Below, piece after piece: positions 12,986 through 24,785 of a stretch of 64,000 nt of DNA (the stretch's first letter is position 1; every line of letters starts with the position of its first letter). Both the position numbers and the translations under genes were made by a program. The stretch comes from an uncultured bacterium (GTDB taxonomy: Bacteria; JAUVQV01; CAWCAY01): contig CAWCAY010000006.1 in assembly GCA_963793725.1 (NCBI GenBank), positions 28,478-92,477 on the forward strand, given 5' to 3'. The notes below the pieces were generated by a model. That model worked only from the letters and a program-made list of their open reading frames with translations. It was not told the origin of the DNA and searched no databases.

Positions 12986-13450
12986 TTGGGAAGAGACCTT
13001 TCTGAAATGCTTCGTTTGCACAAGCTATGGTCGGCGCACGACGAGCACGGCAGGCAAGCCGATTTGGGGGGCGCAGATCTGGGCGGGGCAGATCTGAGCG
13101 GCGCCTTTCTCTACAGCGCCAATCTGAGCCGGGCCAACCTGAGTTGCGCCAACCTGATCGACACTAACCTGATCAGGGGCGACCTGTCCTGTGCCAACCT
13201 CGGCGGGGCCGACCTGTGGGGGGGGCAATTGCATGGGGCCAACCTCAGCGGTGCCAACCTCAGCGGTGCCAACCTCACCAATGCCGACCTGACCAATGCC
13301 GACCTGTCCCGTGCCAACCTCAGCGGTGCCAACCTCAGCGGTGCCAACCTGACCAATGCCAACCTGACCAATGCCGACCTGTCCCGTGCCAACCTCAGCG
13401 GTGCCAACCTCACCAATGCCAGAATGCGGCACTTGCAATCCGGGTCGTAG
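12986..13450 (+). CDS. Pentapeptide-repeat protein
   Basis: A(D/N)LxG-type pentads run from residue ~25 to the C-terminus ([33 protein letters not shown]...). The start is TTG at 12986; ATG at 13007 is an alternative. Confidence 0.8.
   Translation: MGRDLSEMLRLHKLWSAHDEHGRQADLGGADLGGADLSGAFLYSANLSRANLSCANLIDTNLIRGDLSCANLGGADLWGGQLHGANLSGANLSGANLTNADLTNADLSRANLSGANLSGANLTNANLTNADLSRANLSGANLTNARMRHLQSGS
13241..13390 (+). repeat. 75-bp tandem duplication inside the pentapeptide gene (2 mismatches), plus a partial third copy to about 13420
   Basis: 13241-13315 and 13316-13390 differ only at C/G (offset 35) and G/A (offset 45). Confidence 0.9.
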
Positions 13451-13512
13451 CCAAGCCTCCCTTCCCCTCCCCTACCCCCGGCCATCCAGCGCCATCGGGA
13501 ACGAGGACGACC

Positions 13513-14002
13513 TCAGAACTGCACCTTGATCTGGACCGCCGGAATCACGCCGGCATCGTCATTCGGCACCTGGAAATTCGTTTCCGGAATCTGCAATCCC
13601 ACGGCCGTCCTGAATCCGTTGGCTTTCCCGTCGGGATTCAGGCCGCCGAGCACCACTGGTGTGGTGGCCGGAACGGCGCCGAAACTGACCAGCATCCTGG
13701 TCTGGCTCTCCCATCTCATGAAGTAGAATGGCACCGTCTGGGCAACATTCCAGAGAATGATGTGCCTCCCCGGGTCGGCGGTGGCATGGGCGGAGGATGG
13801 GACCAGAGAGAAGGGGAGGAGGCGGGCTGCCTGGGACCCTTCCGGAAAATTGGCGTCCATGGGCTCGGAGAAATCAAGGTAGAAGGAGAAACCGTCAGTC
13901 GGTGACGTCGAGCCGTCACCATCGCCGCCGGAGCAGGTACTGAACGGACAGGGACAACAGCGTGACCAGGGCCAGTGTGCCGATCCTCTTCAGGGATTTC
14001 AC
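13513..14002 (-). pseudogene. Small secreted protein or lipoprotein of unknown function, with one frame slip after the signal peptide
   Basis: An AAGGAGGTG RBS precedes GTG 14002, which opens MKSLKRIGTLALVTLLSLSVQ. The frame slips near 13935. It then reads CSGGDGDGSTSPTDGFSFYLDFSEP and continues into the 13513-13860 ORF, which ends in ..AVQIKVQF (aromatic C-terminus). Confidence 0.5.
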
Positions 14003-14234
14003 GATCCACCTCCTTGGTGATGTGGCTCATCCCGGACAAGTTGCCGATGAGTAAACCATCTTGTTTCAGGCAATCTTGGCACCACCTAGTCACGGATCTT
14101 CACGGATCGACAAGGTGCGCTTGATTGGCTGTGGCGAAATCTTTCGACTCATTGCCGACAGGTTGAAACTGCCCTGCGTCTTCCCGACACCCCCAATAGA
14201 GCTGGCGACCGCTAGGATGAACAGGCCCGCAGAT

Positions 14235-14684
14235 TCACCCTTTCGTCATCTCCCTGTCGCCACAAACGAAGCAGATGATCGTCGGCGGCGTCCTCCCCGA
14301 CATGGCCATTGCCATTCTCAGGACCTTCAGAACAAATAGTTCCCGTTTTGCCGTAGGCAGGGAGATTTCCCCCCGAATGGCCCGCCGATTGACGTCGGCG
14401 ACCAGGGCGGTGATGTCCAAGTCAGGAGAGTCGGCGGGTTCGGGATTCGTCTCGTCCTGAACAATGGCGTCGACGACCTGCCCACCCCATGACATGCGGA
14501 TCGGCTGGTCCCATTCCGCGGTGTCCTGGCCGTCGGCGATACGCTCCAACTGGTTCCGAATGATGACCGCGTCGGCATAGGCATTGATTGCCCCGATCCT
14601 TCCCTCGCGATAACCGGCGTACGTTCTTGCCAGACGACGCAAGGCGGCGGTCGATGCCGTCACTCTGTCATTCAAGCCTTCCAT
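14235..14684 (-). CDS. Hypothetical protein (149 aa), no family recognised
   Basis: The ORF starts with an ATG that overlaps the upstream ORF by 13 nt. ICFVCGD lies near the C-terminus. It sits in a more AT-rich patch. Confidence 0.45.
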   Translation of the reverse strand: MEGLNDRVTASTAALRRLARTYAGYREGRIGAINAYADAVIIRNQLERIADGQDTAEWDQPIRMSWGGQVVDAIVQDETNPEPADSPDLDITALVADVNRRAIRGEISLPTAKRELFVLKVLRMAMAMSGRTPPTIICFVCGDREMTKG

Positions 14685-14875
14685 CCGTGCCCACCGTCGG
14701 GTGTGTCGGCGCTGAAGTCGAACGTCGGCTGGTCGGGTGCGGCGAATAGTTCCAGTTGGCGGGGATCTACTTGCCCTCCGCGCCTACCGCCTCTACCGGG
14801 TCCCGGTCTGACGCTTTCCGGGCGACTTGATCTTCCCTGGATACCGGCTTCCGCACTGCGTCTAGTCGCTGACAC
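14672..14875 (-). CDS. Hypothetical small Arg/Gly-rich protein (67 aa) containing a QLELF motif
   Basis: GTG 14875 is preceded by a GAGGGGAGGG RBS and a sigma70-like promoter. The sequence is ..GRGGRRGGQVDPRQLELFAAPDQPTFDF.. Confidence 0.4.
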   Translation of the reverse strand: MSATRRSAEAGIQGRSSRPESVRPGPGRGGRRGGQVDPRQLELFAAPDQPTFDFSADTPDGGHGWKA

Positions 14876-14913
14876 GGCTTCCCTCCCCTCGCAGTCAGTC
14901 GTTCAATTGCATG

Positions 14914-14942
14914 AAGTATCCATCATGTTCCCGAAATGTCAA
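14914..14942 (-). promoter_or_regulatory. Candidate sigma70 promoter for the 14875-14235 two-gene cassette
   Basis: The minus strand reads TTGACA (14942-14937), 17 nt, ATACTT (14919-14914). Confidence 0.35.
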
Positions 14943-15043
14943 GCATGATTGGCGATGGCGCCGGTTGTGGGCACGCCGCTATTTCACCCGGCAGTGTGAT
15001 GCACGTTACAGACTGGCATCCTGGCCGAGGGTAGGTTGATCCC

Positions 15044-15148
15044 ATGAGCGACGCGCAATGGATGATGATCGTCGGACTGGTGGCCGGTGTAGCCCAGTAT
15101 GTGTCCCTTTGTGTCCTGAGACTGAACCAGACCAGGGGCAAGAAGTAG
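15044..15148 (+). CDS. Possible 34-aa single-TM peptide
   Basis: MSDAQWMMIVGLVAGVAQYVSLCVLRLNQTRGKK, with GAGGGTAGG upstream. It is below the ORF-track size cut-off and rests on weak evidence only. Confidence 0.25.
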   Translation: MSDAQWMMIVGLVAGVAQYVSLCVLRLNQTRGKK

Positions 15149-15204
15149 CGCACCCGGCCGGTCGAGGTTTCGGCAAGACCCGCAGCGAACCGCGGACCGG
15201 CCGG

Positions 15205-15591
15205 CTATTCCAAATGCGGATGTCGATGGTAGACCCTGCCCGAAACGGAGAAGGAGTCGTCGGTCAAGACTATGATGGTGTAGAACCACCCCCTGCCGTT
15301 TTGGTCGATCAAGGTCAGGTTGCTCCCATTGAGGCTCCAGGAGTCTCCCCGAATCGTGACTCCGTCTTCAGTGGAGGCCCAACCTCCTCCGCTGGCGAAT
15401 GTGAAGATCTCTTCTTCGCCGTTGCCAAGGAAGTGCCACGTGCCGACAAGGCTGAAGTCATCGCTGAAGTCAACCCCTTCCGAGTCCGATTCCCATTCCG
15501 CACACCCACACACCACGAGAAGACCACACATCACCAGCGAGCAGAGAAGCAACGACAGGACAGCCGCCTTGCCCTTCGCCATCGCCATCAT
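15205..15591 (-). CDS. Lipoprotein, lipocalin-like
   Basis: A GGGAGGAG RBS lies 6 nt before ATG 15591. The signal peptide and lipobox read MMAMAKGKAAVLSLLLCSLVMCGLLVVCGC. LVGTWHFLGNG is typical of small lipocalin-like domains. Confidence 0.6.
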   Translation of the reverse strand: MMAMAKGKAAVLSLLLCSLVMCGLLVVCGCAEWESDSEGVDFSDDFSLVGTWHFLGNGEEEIFTFASGGGWASTEDGVTIRGDSWSLNGSNLTLIDQNGRGWFYTIIVLTDDSFSVSGRVYHRHPHLE

Positions 15592-15826
15592 CTTCGACTC
15601 CTCCCTGTTGAGGTTCTCCAGGCAACAATCATAGCACCATTGAGCCAACTCTTGTCGCCTTCGACAGCCATTGCTGGATAGGCCGGGCCGGGGGGGGATT
15701 CCATCGATCGGAAGAGATTGGTCCTGAAATGCGTGGATGGTCTGGAACTGCATCCCGGGACCTGCTCGGTGACGGTCAAAACACAAACGCCGGAAAGGTT
15801 GCCCTCCCCGGCGTTCTCATTGGAAC

Positions 15827-15903
<77 letters not shown>

Positions 15904-16007
15904 TCAGGTCTTACAATATATCCTTCGCGAACCCCCTTGTCAACCTCCGCGTCCCCCTCTTGACCCGGGGGGCGTTCTCGCCTCTAATGAGGCATGGGAG
16001 GACGGCC

Positions 16008-16624
16008 ATGATCATCGTCGGGTTGACCGGGGGCATCGGCAGCGGCAAGAGCACGGTGCGGCACTTCTTCGCCGAACTGGGCGCCCTCACGGCCGATGCC
16101 GACGAGATCTCCCGCGAGCTGGTCGTGCCGGGAAGCGACGCCCTGGCCGAGATCGTCGACCGCTTCGGCAGCGCTTGCCTTCTTCCCGACGGGCGGCTCG
16201 ACCGCCGCCACATGGCCGAGACGGTCTTCACCGACCCGGAGGCCAGGCACGACCTCGAGCGCATCCTGCACCCGCGCATCGGCCGGGCGATCGACGACTT
16301 CATCGCCCAATGCGCCGAGGAGAATCCCGGGGCGGTGGTGGTGGTCGAGGTGGCCCTGCTGTACGAGGTCGGCCTGGAGGAGAACTTCGACCGGGTGGTC
16401 CTGGCCTACGCCGACGAGTCGACCCGTATCGAGCGGCTGATGCGTCGGGACGGCCTCGCCCGCAACGAGGCCTACACCCGGCTGCTGGCCCAGTTGCCGC
16501 TGGAGTCGAAGCTCGACCCGGCCGACTTCGTCATCGACACCGGCGGTTCGTGGGAGGCCACCCGCCAGCGGACGGCGGCTATCTACAACGCCCTGGAGAA
16601 GTACGAACGGCAGATGCCGGGCGG

Positions 16625-16628
<4 letters not shown>
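16008..16628 (+). CDS. coaE: Dephospho-CoA kinase
   Basis: [18 protein letters not shown]-loop start at ATG 16008. The upstream part of the 15729 ORF overlaps the tRNA and is not coding. Confidence 0.9.
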
Positions 16629-17863
<1,235 letters not shown>

Positions 17864-18439
17864 CTACTTCTTCTTGATGATCTCGTCGATCAGGCCGAAG
17901 TCCCTGGCCTCCTCGGGCGAGAGGTAGCGGTCGCGGTCGGTGTCCTGGGCGATCCGTTCGAGGGTCTGGCCGGTGTGCTCGGCCATGATCCCGTTCAGCA
18001 TCTCCCGCATCTTCAGGATCTCGCGGGCGTGGATGTCGACGTCGGTCGCCTGGCCGTAGGCCCCGCCGGACGGCTGGTGGATCAGTATCCGGGCGTGCGG
18101 GAGCGAGAAGCGCTTCCCTTTCGTGCCGGCGCACAGCAGCAGGGCGCCCATGCTGGACGCCTGGCCGATGCAGATGGTCGACACCGGCGACTTGAGGTAC
18201 TGCATGGTGTCGTAGATCGCCATGCCGGCGGTGACCGCCCCCCCGGGGGAGTTGATGTACAGGTGGATGTCCTTCTCCGGGTCCTCGGCATCGAGGAAGA
18301 GCATCTGGGCGATGATCAGGTTGGCCATGTGGTCCTCGACCTCACCGCCGATGAACACGATGCGGTCCTTCAGCAGGCGCGAGTAGATGTCGTAGGAGCG
18401 CTCCCCCCGGCTGGTCTGCTCGATGACGAACGGTATCAT
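17864..18439 (-). CDS. clpP: ATP-dependent Clp protease proteolytic subunit ClpP
   Basis: [40 protein letters not shown]. It abuts the clpX start. Confidence 0.97.
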   Translation of the reverse strand: MIPFVIEQTSRGERSYDIYSRLLKDRIVFIGGEVEDHMANLIIAQMLFLDAEDPEKDIHLYINSPGGAVTAGMAIYDTMQYLKSPVSTICIGQASSMGALLLCAGTKGKRFSLPHARILIHQPSGGAYGQATDVDIHAREILKMREMLNGIMAEHTGQTLERIAQDTDRDRYLSPEEARDFGLIDEIIKKK

Positions 18440-19752
18440 GCGTTCTCCCCTTCCCCGGTCGCGGCGGCCGCCCCGCCGGTGGCCATGGCGACGACGTGTT
18501 CGACCGTCTTCTCCTCGAGGAGCATCCGGTGGAGCCCCTCGATCGCCCCCGATTTGACCATCTCCCGGCGGACCTCCCCCACCGGGCGCTTCTGCAGGCC
18601 GGCCAGTTCGGCCAGGGCCTTCTCGATGTCGGCCCGCTCGATCTTCAGCCCCTCCGCCTTGGCGACCTCGGCCAGGATCAGCGACAGCCGCACGTTGCGG
18701 GAGGCGGCCTCCTTGATCTCGCCCCGGGCGGCCTCGATCTGCGCCTGCCCCTCCTCCACCGTGGCGCCGCGCAGGTGCAGGCGCCGGGCGAAGTCGCGCA
18801 ACAGGCTGTTCTCCTCGGCCTCGGCCAGGCTCGGCGGGATGACGAAGTCGGCCCCCTCCAGCAGCTTGGCGGAGGCCTGGTTCTTCAGCTCGGTCATGGC
18901 GTCCCGCTCGCGGCCGCGGGCGATCGACTCGCGCACACGCGCCTTGAGCTCGTCCATGGTGGCGCAGTCGCCGGCATCCTTGGCGAAAGCATCGTCGAGG
19001 GCCGGCAGCACCCTTTCCTTGATCGCCCCCAGGGTGACCGTGAAGCGGGCCTCCTTGCCGGCCACCTCCTTCCGGGCGTAATCGGCCGGCAGGGTCAGGT
19101 CGATGACCTTCTCCTCCCCCGCCCGCATGCCCGCCAGGGCCTCCTCGAAGCCGGGGATGAAGGTCCCGGAGCCGATCTCGACCGGCACGTCGACCCCTTC
19201 TCCCCCGGGCATCGCCTGGCCGTCGATCGTCCCCTTGAAGGTGATCACCGCCACGTCCCCGGATGCCAGCGGCCGGCTCTCCTCGACCGTGCGGACGGGG
19301 GCCATGTGCTGGCGCAGGTTCATGATGGCCGCGTCGACCGCCGCGTCGGGCACGGCCGCGTCGGGCTTGGAAAGGGTCAGCCCCTTGTAGTCCGGCAGGG
19401 CGATCTCCGGCCGCACTTCGACCTCGGCCGCGTACGTCATCGGCTGCCCCTCCGAGAGATCGAAGGAGCTCACGTCGGGGTCGGCCACCGGCCGGATGCC
19501 GGTCTGCTGGACGGCCAGGTGGTAGGAGTCGGCGAAGAGGTCGCGGGCGACGTTCGTCTTCAGGTCCTCGGCGTAGAGCTGGCGGATGACATGGGCCGGG
19601 GTGTGGCCCTTGCGGAAGCCGGGCACGGCCGCCTTCCGGCGGATCTCCCTGAGGGCTTTCTCGAAGGCGCGGCCGACCTCATCGGCGGGGATGGTGACGT
19701 TGAGCTTCTTCTTGACGGTGTCGAGGGATTGGATGTCGGCCTTGATTTCCAC
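18436..19752 (-). CDS. tig: Trigger factor
   Basis: [35 protein letters not shown] chose GTG 19752 (GGAGG 11 nt upstream) because the longer ORF start at 19821 overlaps tRNA-Leu. Confidence 0.93.
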   Translation of the reverse strand: MEIKADIQSLDTVKKKLNVTIPADEVGRAFEKALREIRRKAAVPGFRKGHTPAHVIRQLYAEDLKTNVARDLFADSYHLAVQQTGIRPVADPDVSSFDLSEGQPMTYAAEVEVRPEIALPDYKGLTLSKPDAAVPDAAVDAAIMNLRQHMAPVRTVEESRPLASGDVAVITFKGTIDGQAMPGGEGVDVPVEIGSGTFIPGFEEALAGMRAGEEKVIDLTLPADYARKEVAGKEARFTVTLGAIKERVLPALDDAFAKDAGDCATMDELKARVRESIARGRERDAMTELKNQASAKLLEGADFVIPPSLAEAEENSLLRDFARRLHLRGATVEEGQAQIEAARGEIKEAASRNVRLSLILAEVAKAEGLKIERADIEKALAELAGLQKRPVGEVRREMVKSGAIEGLHRMLLEEKTVEHVVAMATGGAAAATGEGENA

Positions 19753-19779
19753 GGCCAGCGGGACCTCCTGCAATGGTGG

Positions 19780-19865
19780 TGGTGCGAAAGGGGGGAGTTG
19801 AACCCCCACGGGTCTCCCCACCGGATCCTAAGTCCGGCGCGTCTGCCAGTTCCGCCACTTTCGCA
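19780..19865 (-). tRNA. tRNA-Leu (UAG)
   Basis: 86 nt with a long variable arm. The anticodon arm is CCGGA-CTTAGGA-TCCGG. CCA is encoded. Confidence 0.93.
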
Positions 19866-19875
19866 GATAGAGAAA

Positions 19876-19952
19876 TGGTGAGCCGCGAAGGAATCGAACC
19901 TTCAACCTACGGATTAAGAGTCCGTTGCTCTGCCAGTTGAGCTAGCGGCCCA
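19876..19952 (-). tRNA. tRNA-Lys (CUU)
   Basis: The reverse complement is TGGGCCGCTAGCTCAACTGGCAGAGCAACGGACTCTTAATCCGTAGGTTGAAGGTTCGATTCCTTCGCGGCTCACCA. Confidence 0.93.
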
Positions 19953-20001
19953 CCGTCATTTCCCGCAACAGCCTTCCGGCCGTCACTTCCTGCTGCGAAC
20001 T

Positions 20002-20078
20002 TGGCGCGCCCGGCAGGGCTCGAACCTGCGACCTGCGGCTTCGAAGGCCGACGCTCTATCCGACTGAGCTACGGGCGC
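20002..20078 (-). tRNA. tRNA-Arg (UCG)
   Basis: The reverse complement is GCGCCCGTAGCTCAGTCGGATAGAGCGTCGGCCTTCGAAGCCGCAGGTCGCAGGTTCGAGCCCTGCCGGGCGCGCCA. The anticodon loop is CTTCGAA. Confidence 0.88.
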
Positions 20079-20117
20079 GGGCTTGCCTGACCGGGACACC
20101 GGTCGTCTTCTTTCAAC

Positions 20118-20194
20118 TGGGGTGAGTGATGGGGCTCGAACCCACAACCCTTGGAGCCACAGTCCAATGCTCTACCAGTTGAGCTACACTCACC
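20118..20194 (-). tRNA. tRNA-His (GUG)
   Basis: An extra 5' G (G-1) is present. The anticodon loop is CTGTGGC between TTGGA and TCCAA. Confidence 0.93.
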
Positions 20195-20269
20195 ACAACC
20201 GCAACGGCATATTATAGGGCCGGCGGCGGTGTTTGCAACACTTTTTCCCGGAATCCGGGGCCGTGCGCA

Positions 20270-20346
20270 TGGCGCGCCTGGCAGGGATCGAACCTGCGGC
20301 CTACTGCTTAGAAGGCAGTTGCTCTATCCACTGAGCTACAGGCGCC
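20270..20346 (-). tRNA. tRNA-Arg (UCU)
   Basis: The anticodon arm is ACTGC-CTTCTAA-GCAGT. The acceptor is GGCGCCT / AGGCGC(G)CCA. Confidence 0.93.
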
Positions 20347-20410
20347 GGCGGGTTTCACTCTACCGGCCGGCCGGCGGCCTGTCAAGGCGCGGGGCGGCGC
20401 GGGCCGCGCC

Positions 20411-21715
20411 TCATGACGGCGGGGCGGAGGGACCGCCGGCGAGGTCCTTCTTGGCCACCTTCTGCCGGTACATGGCTTCGTCGGCCCGGCCGAGCAGCGC
20501 TTCCAGCGACTCGGCCCGGCCGAGATCCGGTTCGGCCACGCCGACGCTGAAGGAGAGTCGCCAGGGTCGGTCCCCGCGCTCCGCATTCACCCGGTCGACC
20601 TCGCCGGCCAACCGCCCGAGCATCGCCTCCATGGTCTCCCCGGGCATCCCCAGGGCGATTACCCCGAACTCGTCGCCCCCCAGCCTGCCGACGACGTCGG
20701 AACTCCGGAAGACCCGCCGCAGGACCTCCGCAGCGAGCACCAGCAGGCGGTCGCCCTCCTGGTGGCCGTAGCGGTCGTTGACCGCCTTCATGCCGTCCAG
20801 GTCGGCGAAGATCAGCACGAAGCGCCGGGCCAGGCGGTCGGCCAGGCGGAATTGCTGCTCACCCAGGGTCATGAATCCCCGGCGGTTGTAGAGGCCGGTC
20901 AGCTCGTCCGTCAGCGAGAGTTCAGCCAGCTTGTCGGTCAGCCGCCGGTGCCGCCGCTGGTTCCGGGCGTCCATGGCGATCAGCGTGACGCCCAAGAGCC
21001 ACAGGAAGAACGCCGCCGGCACCAGCCTGCGATGGGCCGACCGGCGGGCATCGAAGAGCTTGCCGACCGGGATGACGATGCTCAGCGCGCCCCGCACGTC
21101 GCCGACGCGGTACCCCTGCGAAGCATGGCATGCCAGGCAGGCCTCCTCGGTCATCAGCGGGGCCATGTAGCGATAGACGGGGACCCCGTCGTCCCCCGCG
21201 GCGAACTCGGCCCACTCGCGCTCGCCCGCCTCAAACGCCTCCAGGACCGGCCGCTCCCAGGCCAGGGGGCTGTTTCCCGGACGGATCGGATTGGAGCTGG
21301 TGATGCGAATCCTGGCATGGCCGCGCTCGGTGGCAATCTCGCCGATCTGCCTGGTGGCGTAGGAGGGATTGACCATGGTCAGGGCCACCCCGCCGGTAGT
21401 GCCCACGTCGCGGTCGGGAACGGCGAGATACGGATTCGGCGGCGTCTCCGGGGTGACTTCGCGGTAGATCCGACCGTGGCGGGAGATCCACGTGCGCGTG
21501 TCGACCATCAGGTCGAAGATGCCCCTGGCCTCCCCGTGGGCGATTTCGTGAAGCTTGGCCGACTCTTCGATGACGGTGTAGAGGATGGCTGCGCCGATGG
21601 CCGCCGTCCAGAGCAGGGCCAGCGCGATCCCGCGCCATGTCCCCCGGGCACCCCTCCAGTCGTCCGGGAAGGGCACTTCGGTACGGGAGTCGGTGTCGGT
21701 CAAAGGGTCGTGCAT
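20411..21715 (-). CDS. Diguanylate cyclase (GGDEF) with an N-terminal c-type-haem DUF3365/Tll0287-like sensor domain
   Basis: CLACH lies within HGRIYREV..NPSYATRQI..RITSSNPIRPGNSPLAWE..EEACLACHASQGYRVGDVRG. A TM and then the GGDEF domain follow (YNRRGF..GGDEFGVIA). I chose ATG 21715 so as not to overlap the upstream gene. Confidence 0.88.
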   Translation of the reverse strand: MHDPLTDTDSRTEVPFPDDWRGARGTWRGIALALLWTAAIGAAILYTVIEESAKLHEIAHGEARGIFDLMVDTRTWISRHGRIYREVTPETPPNPYLAVPDRDVGTTGGVALTMVNPSYATRQIGEIATERGHARIRITSSNPIRPGNSPLAWERPVLEAFEAGEREWAEFAAGDDGVPVYRYMAPLMTEEACLACHASQGYRVGDVRGALSIVIPVGKLFDARRSAHRRLVPAAFFLWLLGVTLIAMDARNQRRHRRLTDKLAELSLTDELTGLYNRRGFMTLGEQQFRLADRLARRFVLIFADLDGMKAVNDRYGHQEGDRLLVLAAEVLRRVFRSSDVVGRLGGDEFGVIALGMPGETMEAMLGRLAGEVDRVNAERGDRPWRLSFSVGVAEPDLGRAESLEALLGRADEAMYRQKVAKKDLAGGPSAPPS

Positions 21716-21758
21716 GGTGCGTGGTCCCCCATGCCGGGCGCCGGCGGTGCCGGTCTGC

Positions 21759-22190
21759 TCAGAGTGTGACGTTGATGGTCGCTTCGGCGAAGCCGGAAAA
21801 CGAGCCCTCGGCGTCCTCGAGCCAGATGACGAGGGTGTGGGGGCCCTGCTGCGATCCATTTAACGTCTCGATCTGCCCCTGGGACACTCCGGAACTGCCG
21901 GGGAACGGGTTGATGGGCTCCAAAGTGAGGGGGTCCTCGGTTATCTCGAGGGTGTACTCGTTGCCGCTGTTCTTGTCACGGAGGTGGGCTGCGATGATGT
22001 CCGACCCGGTGTCGGCGTACTCGAAGGTGACCAGGACCGGATCCCCCACCCTGATCTCCCCCGGCGCCAGGACCAGGTTGGAGACACTCGGGGGATGCGG
22101 ATCGTTGGACGGATTATCCATGATGTCGCTGCAACCGCCGACCAGCAGGGGCAGCAGCAGGCATCCGAGAAGAACCCATCTGCAGACCAC
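21759..22190 (-). CDS. Lipoprotein of unknown function
   Basis: GGAGGAG precedes GTG 22190. The lipobox is LLPLLVGGC. The longer ORF start at 22241 overlaps tRNA-Glu. Confidence 0.6.
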   Translation of the reverse strand: MVCRWVLLGCLLLPLLVGGCSDIMDNPSNDPHPPSVSNLVLAPGEIRVGDPVLVTFEYADTGSDIIAAHLRDKNSGNEYTLEITEDPLTLEPINPFPGSSGVSQGQIETLNGSQQGPHTLVIWLEDAEGSFSGFAEATINVTL

Positions 22191-22229
22191 GCGTTCTCTC
22201 TCCTCCACTCGACCTTGTAGGAAAAATAA

Positions 22230-22307
22230 TGGCGTCCCCACGGGGATTTGAACCCCGGTCGCCGCCGTGAAAGGGCGGTGTCCTAGGCCGGGCTAGACGA
22301 TGGGGAC
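22230..22307 (-). tRNA. tRNA-Glu (UUC)
   Basis: The reverse complement is GTCCCCATCGTCTAGCCCGGCCTAGGACACCGCCCTTTCACGGCGGCGACCGGGGTTCAAATCCCCGTGGGGACGCCA. Confidence 0.93.
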
Positions 22308-22332
22308 GCGTCTACAGTTCTTTCGAGCTCGA

Positions 22333-22408
22333 TGGTGAGCCGCACAGGGATCGAACCTGTGACCCTCGGCTTAAAAGGCCGATGCTCTACCAGCTGAGCT
22401 AGCGGCTC
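22333..22408 (-). tRNA. tRNA-Lys (UUU)
   Basis: The anticodon arm is TCGGC-CTTTTAA-GCCGA. It is 76 nt with CCA. Confidence 0.93.
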
Positions 22409-22444
22409 TCGAAAGCAGTTAATGTAGCACGGGACCGCGAAATG

Positions 22445-24732
<2,288 letters not shown>

Positions 24733-24785
24733 AGGCGGTCGTCGGCCGCCCCCGCTTCGAGGCGGCCGGTATCCCGTTGCCCTTC

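Noticed and set aside
12897-13097. A 66-aa plus-strand ORF overlapping the start of the pentapeptide gene.
   Set aside because: It is in a different frame from the clear pentapeptide-repeat reading. It has no RBS or motif, and its C-terminal half is just the repeat DNA read out of frame.
14077-14091. TGGCAC at 14077-14082 as a sigma-54 -24 element. TGGCAC strings at about 12455, 42535 and 62890 were also considered.
   Set aside because: The -12 position reads AGTC or another non-TTGC sequence. Most hits are inside coding regions, and none precedes a gene start at a suitable distance.
12831-15826. The tRNA-fMet-adjacent islet as an intact prophage or integrative element.
   Set aside because: I found no integrase, recombinase, phage structural or conjugation genes. 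By eye there is no second copy of the tRNA 3' half (GGATTCGAACC..) to mark an att site. At most it is a remnant.
19753-19821. The extended trigger-factor start at 19821. The extended lipoprotein start at 22241 is a similar case.
   Set aside because: The extensions run through tRNA-Leu (19780-19865) and tRNA-Glu (22230-22307). Internal GTG starts with RBS-like sequences (19752 and 22190) fit better.
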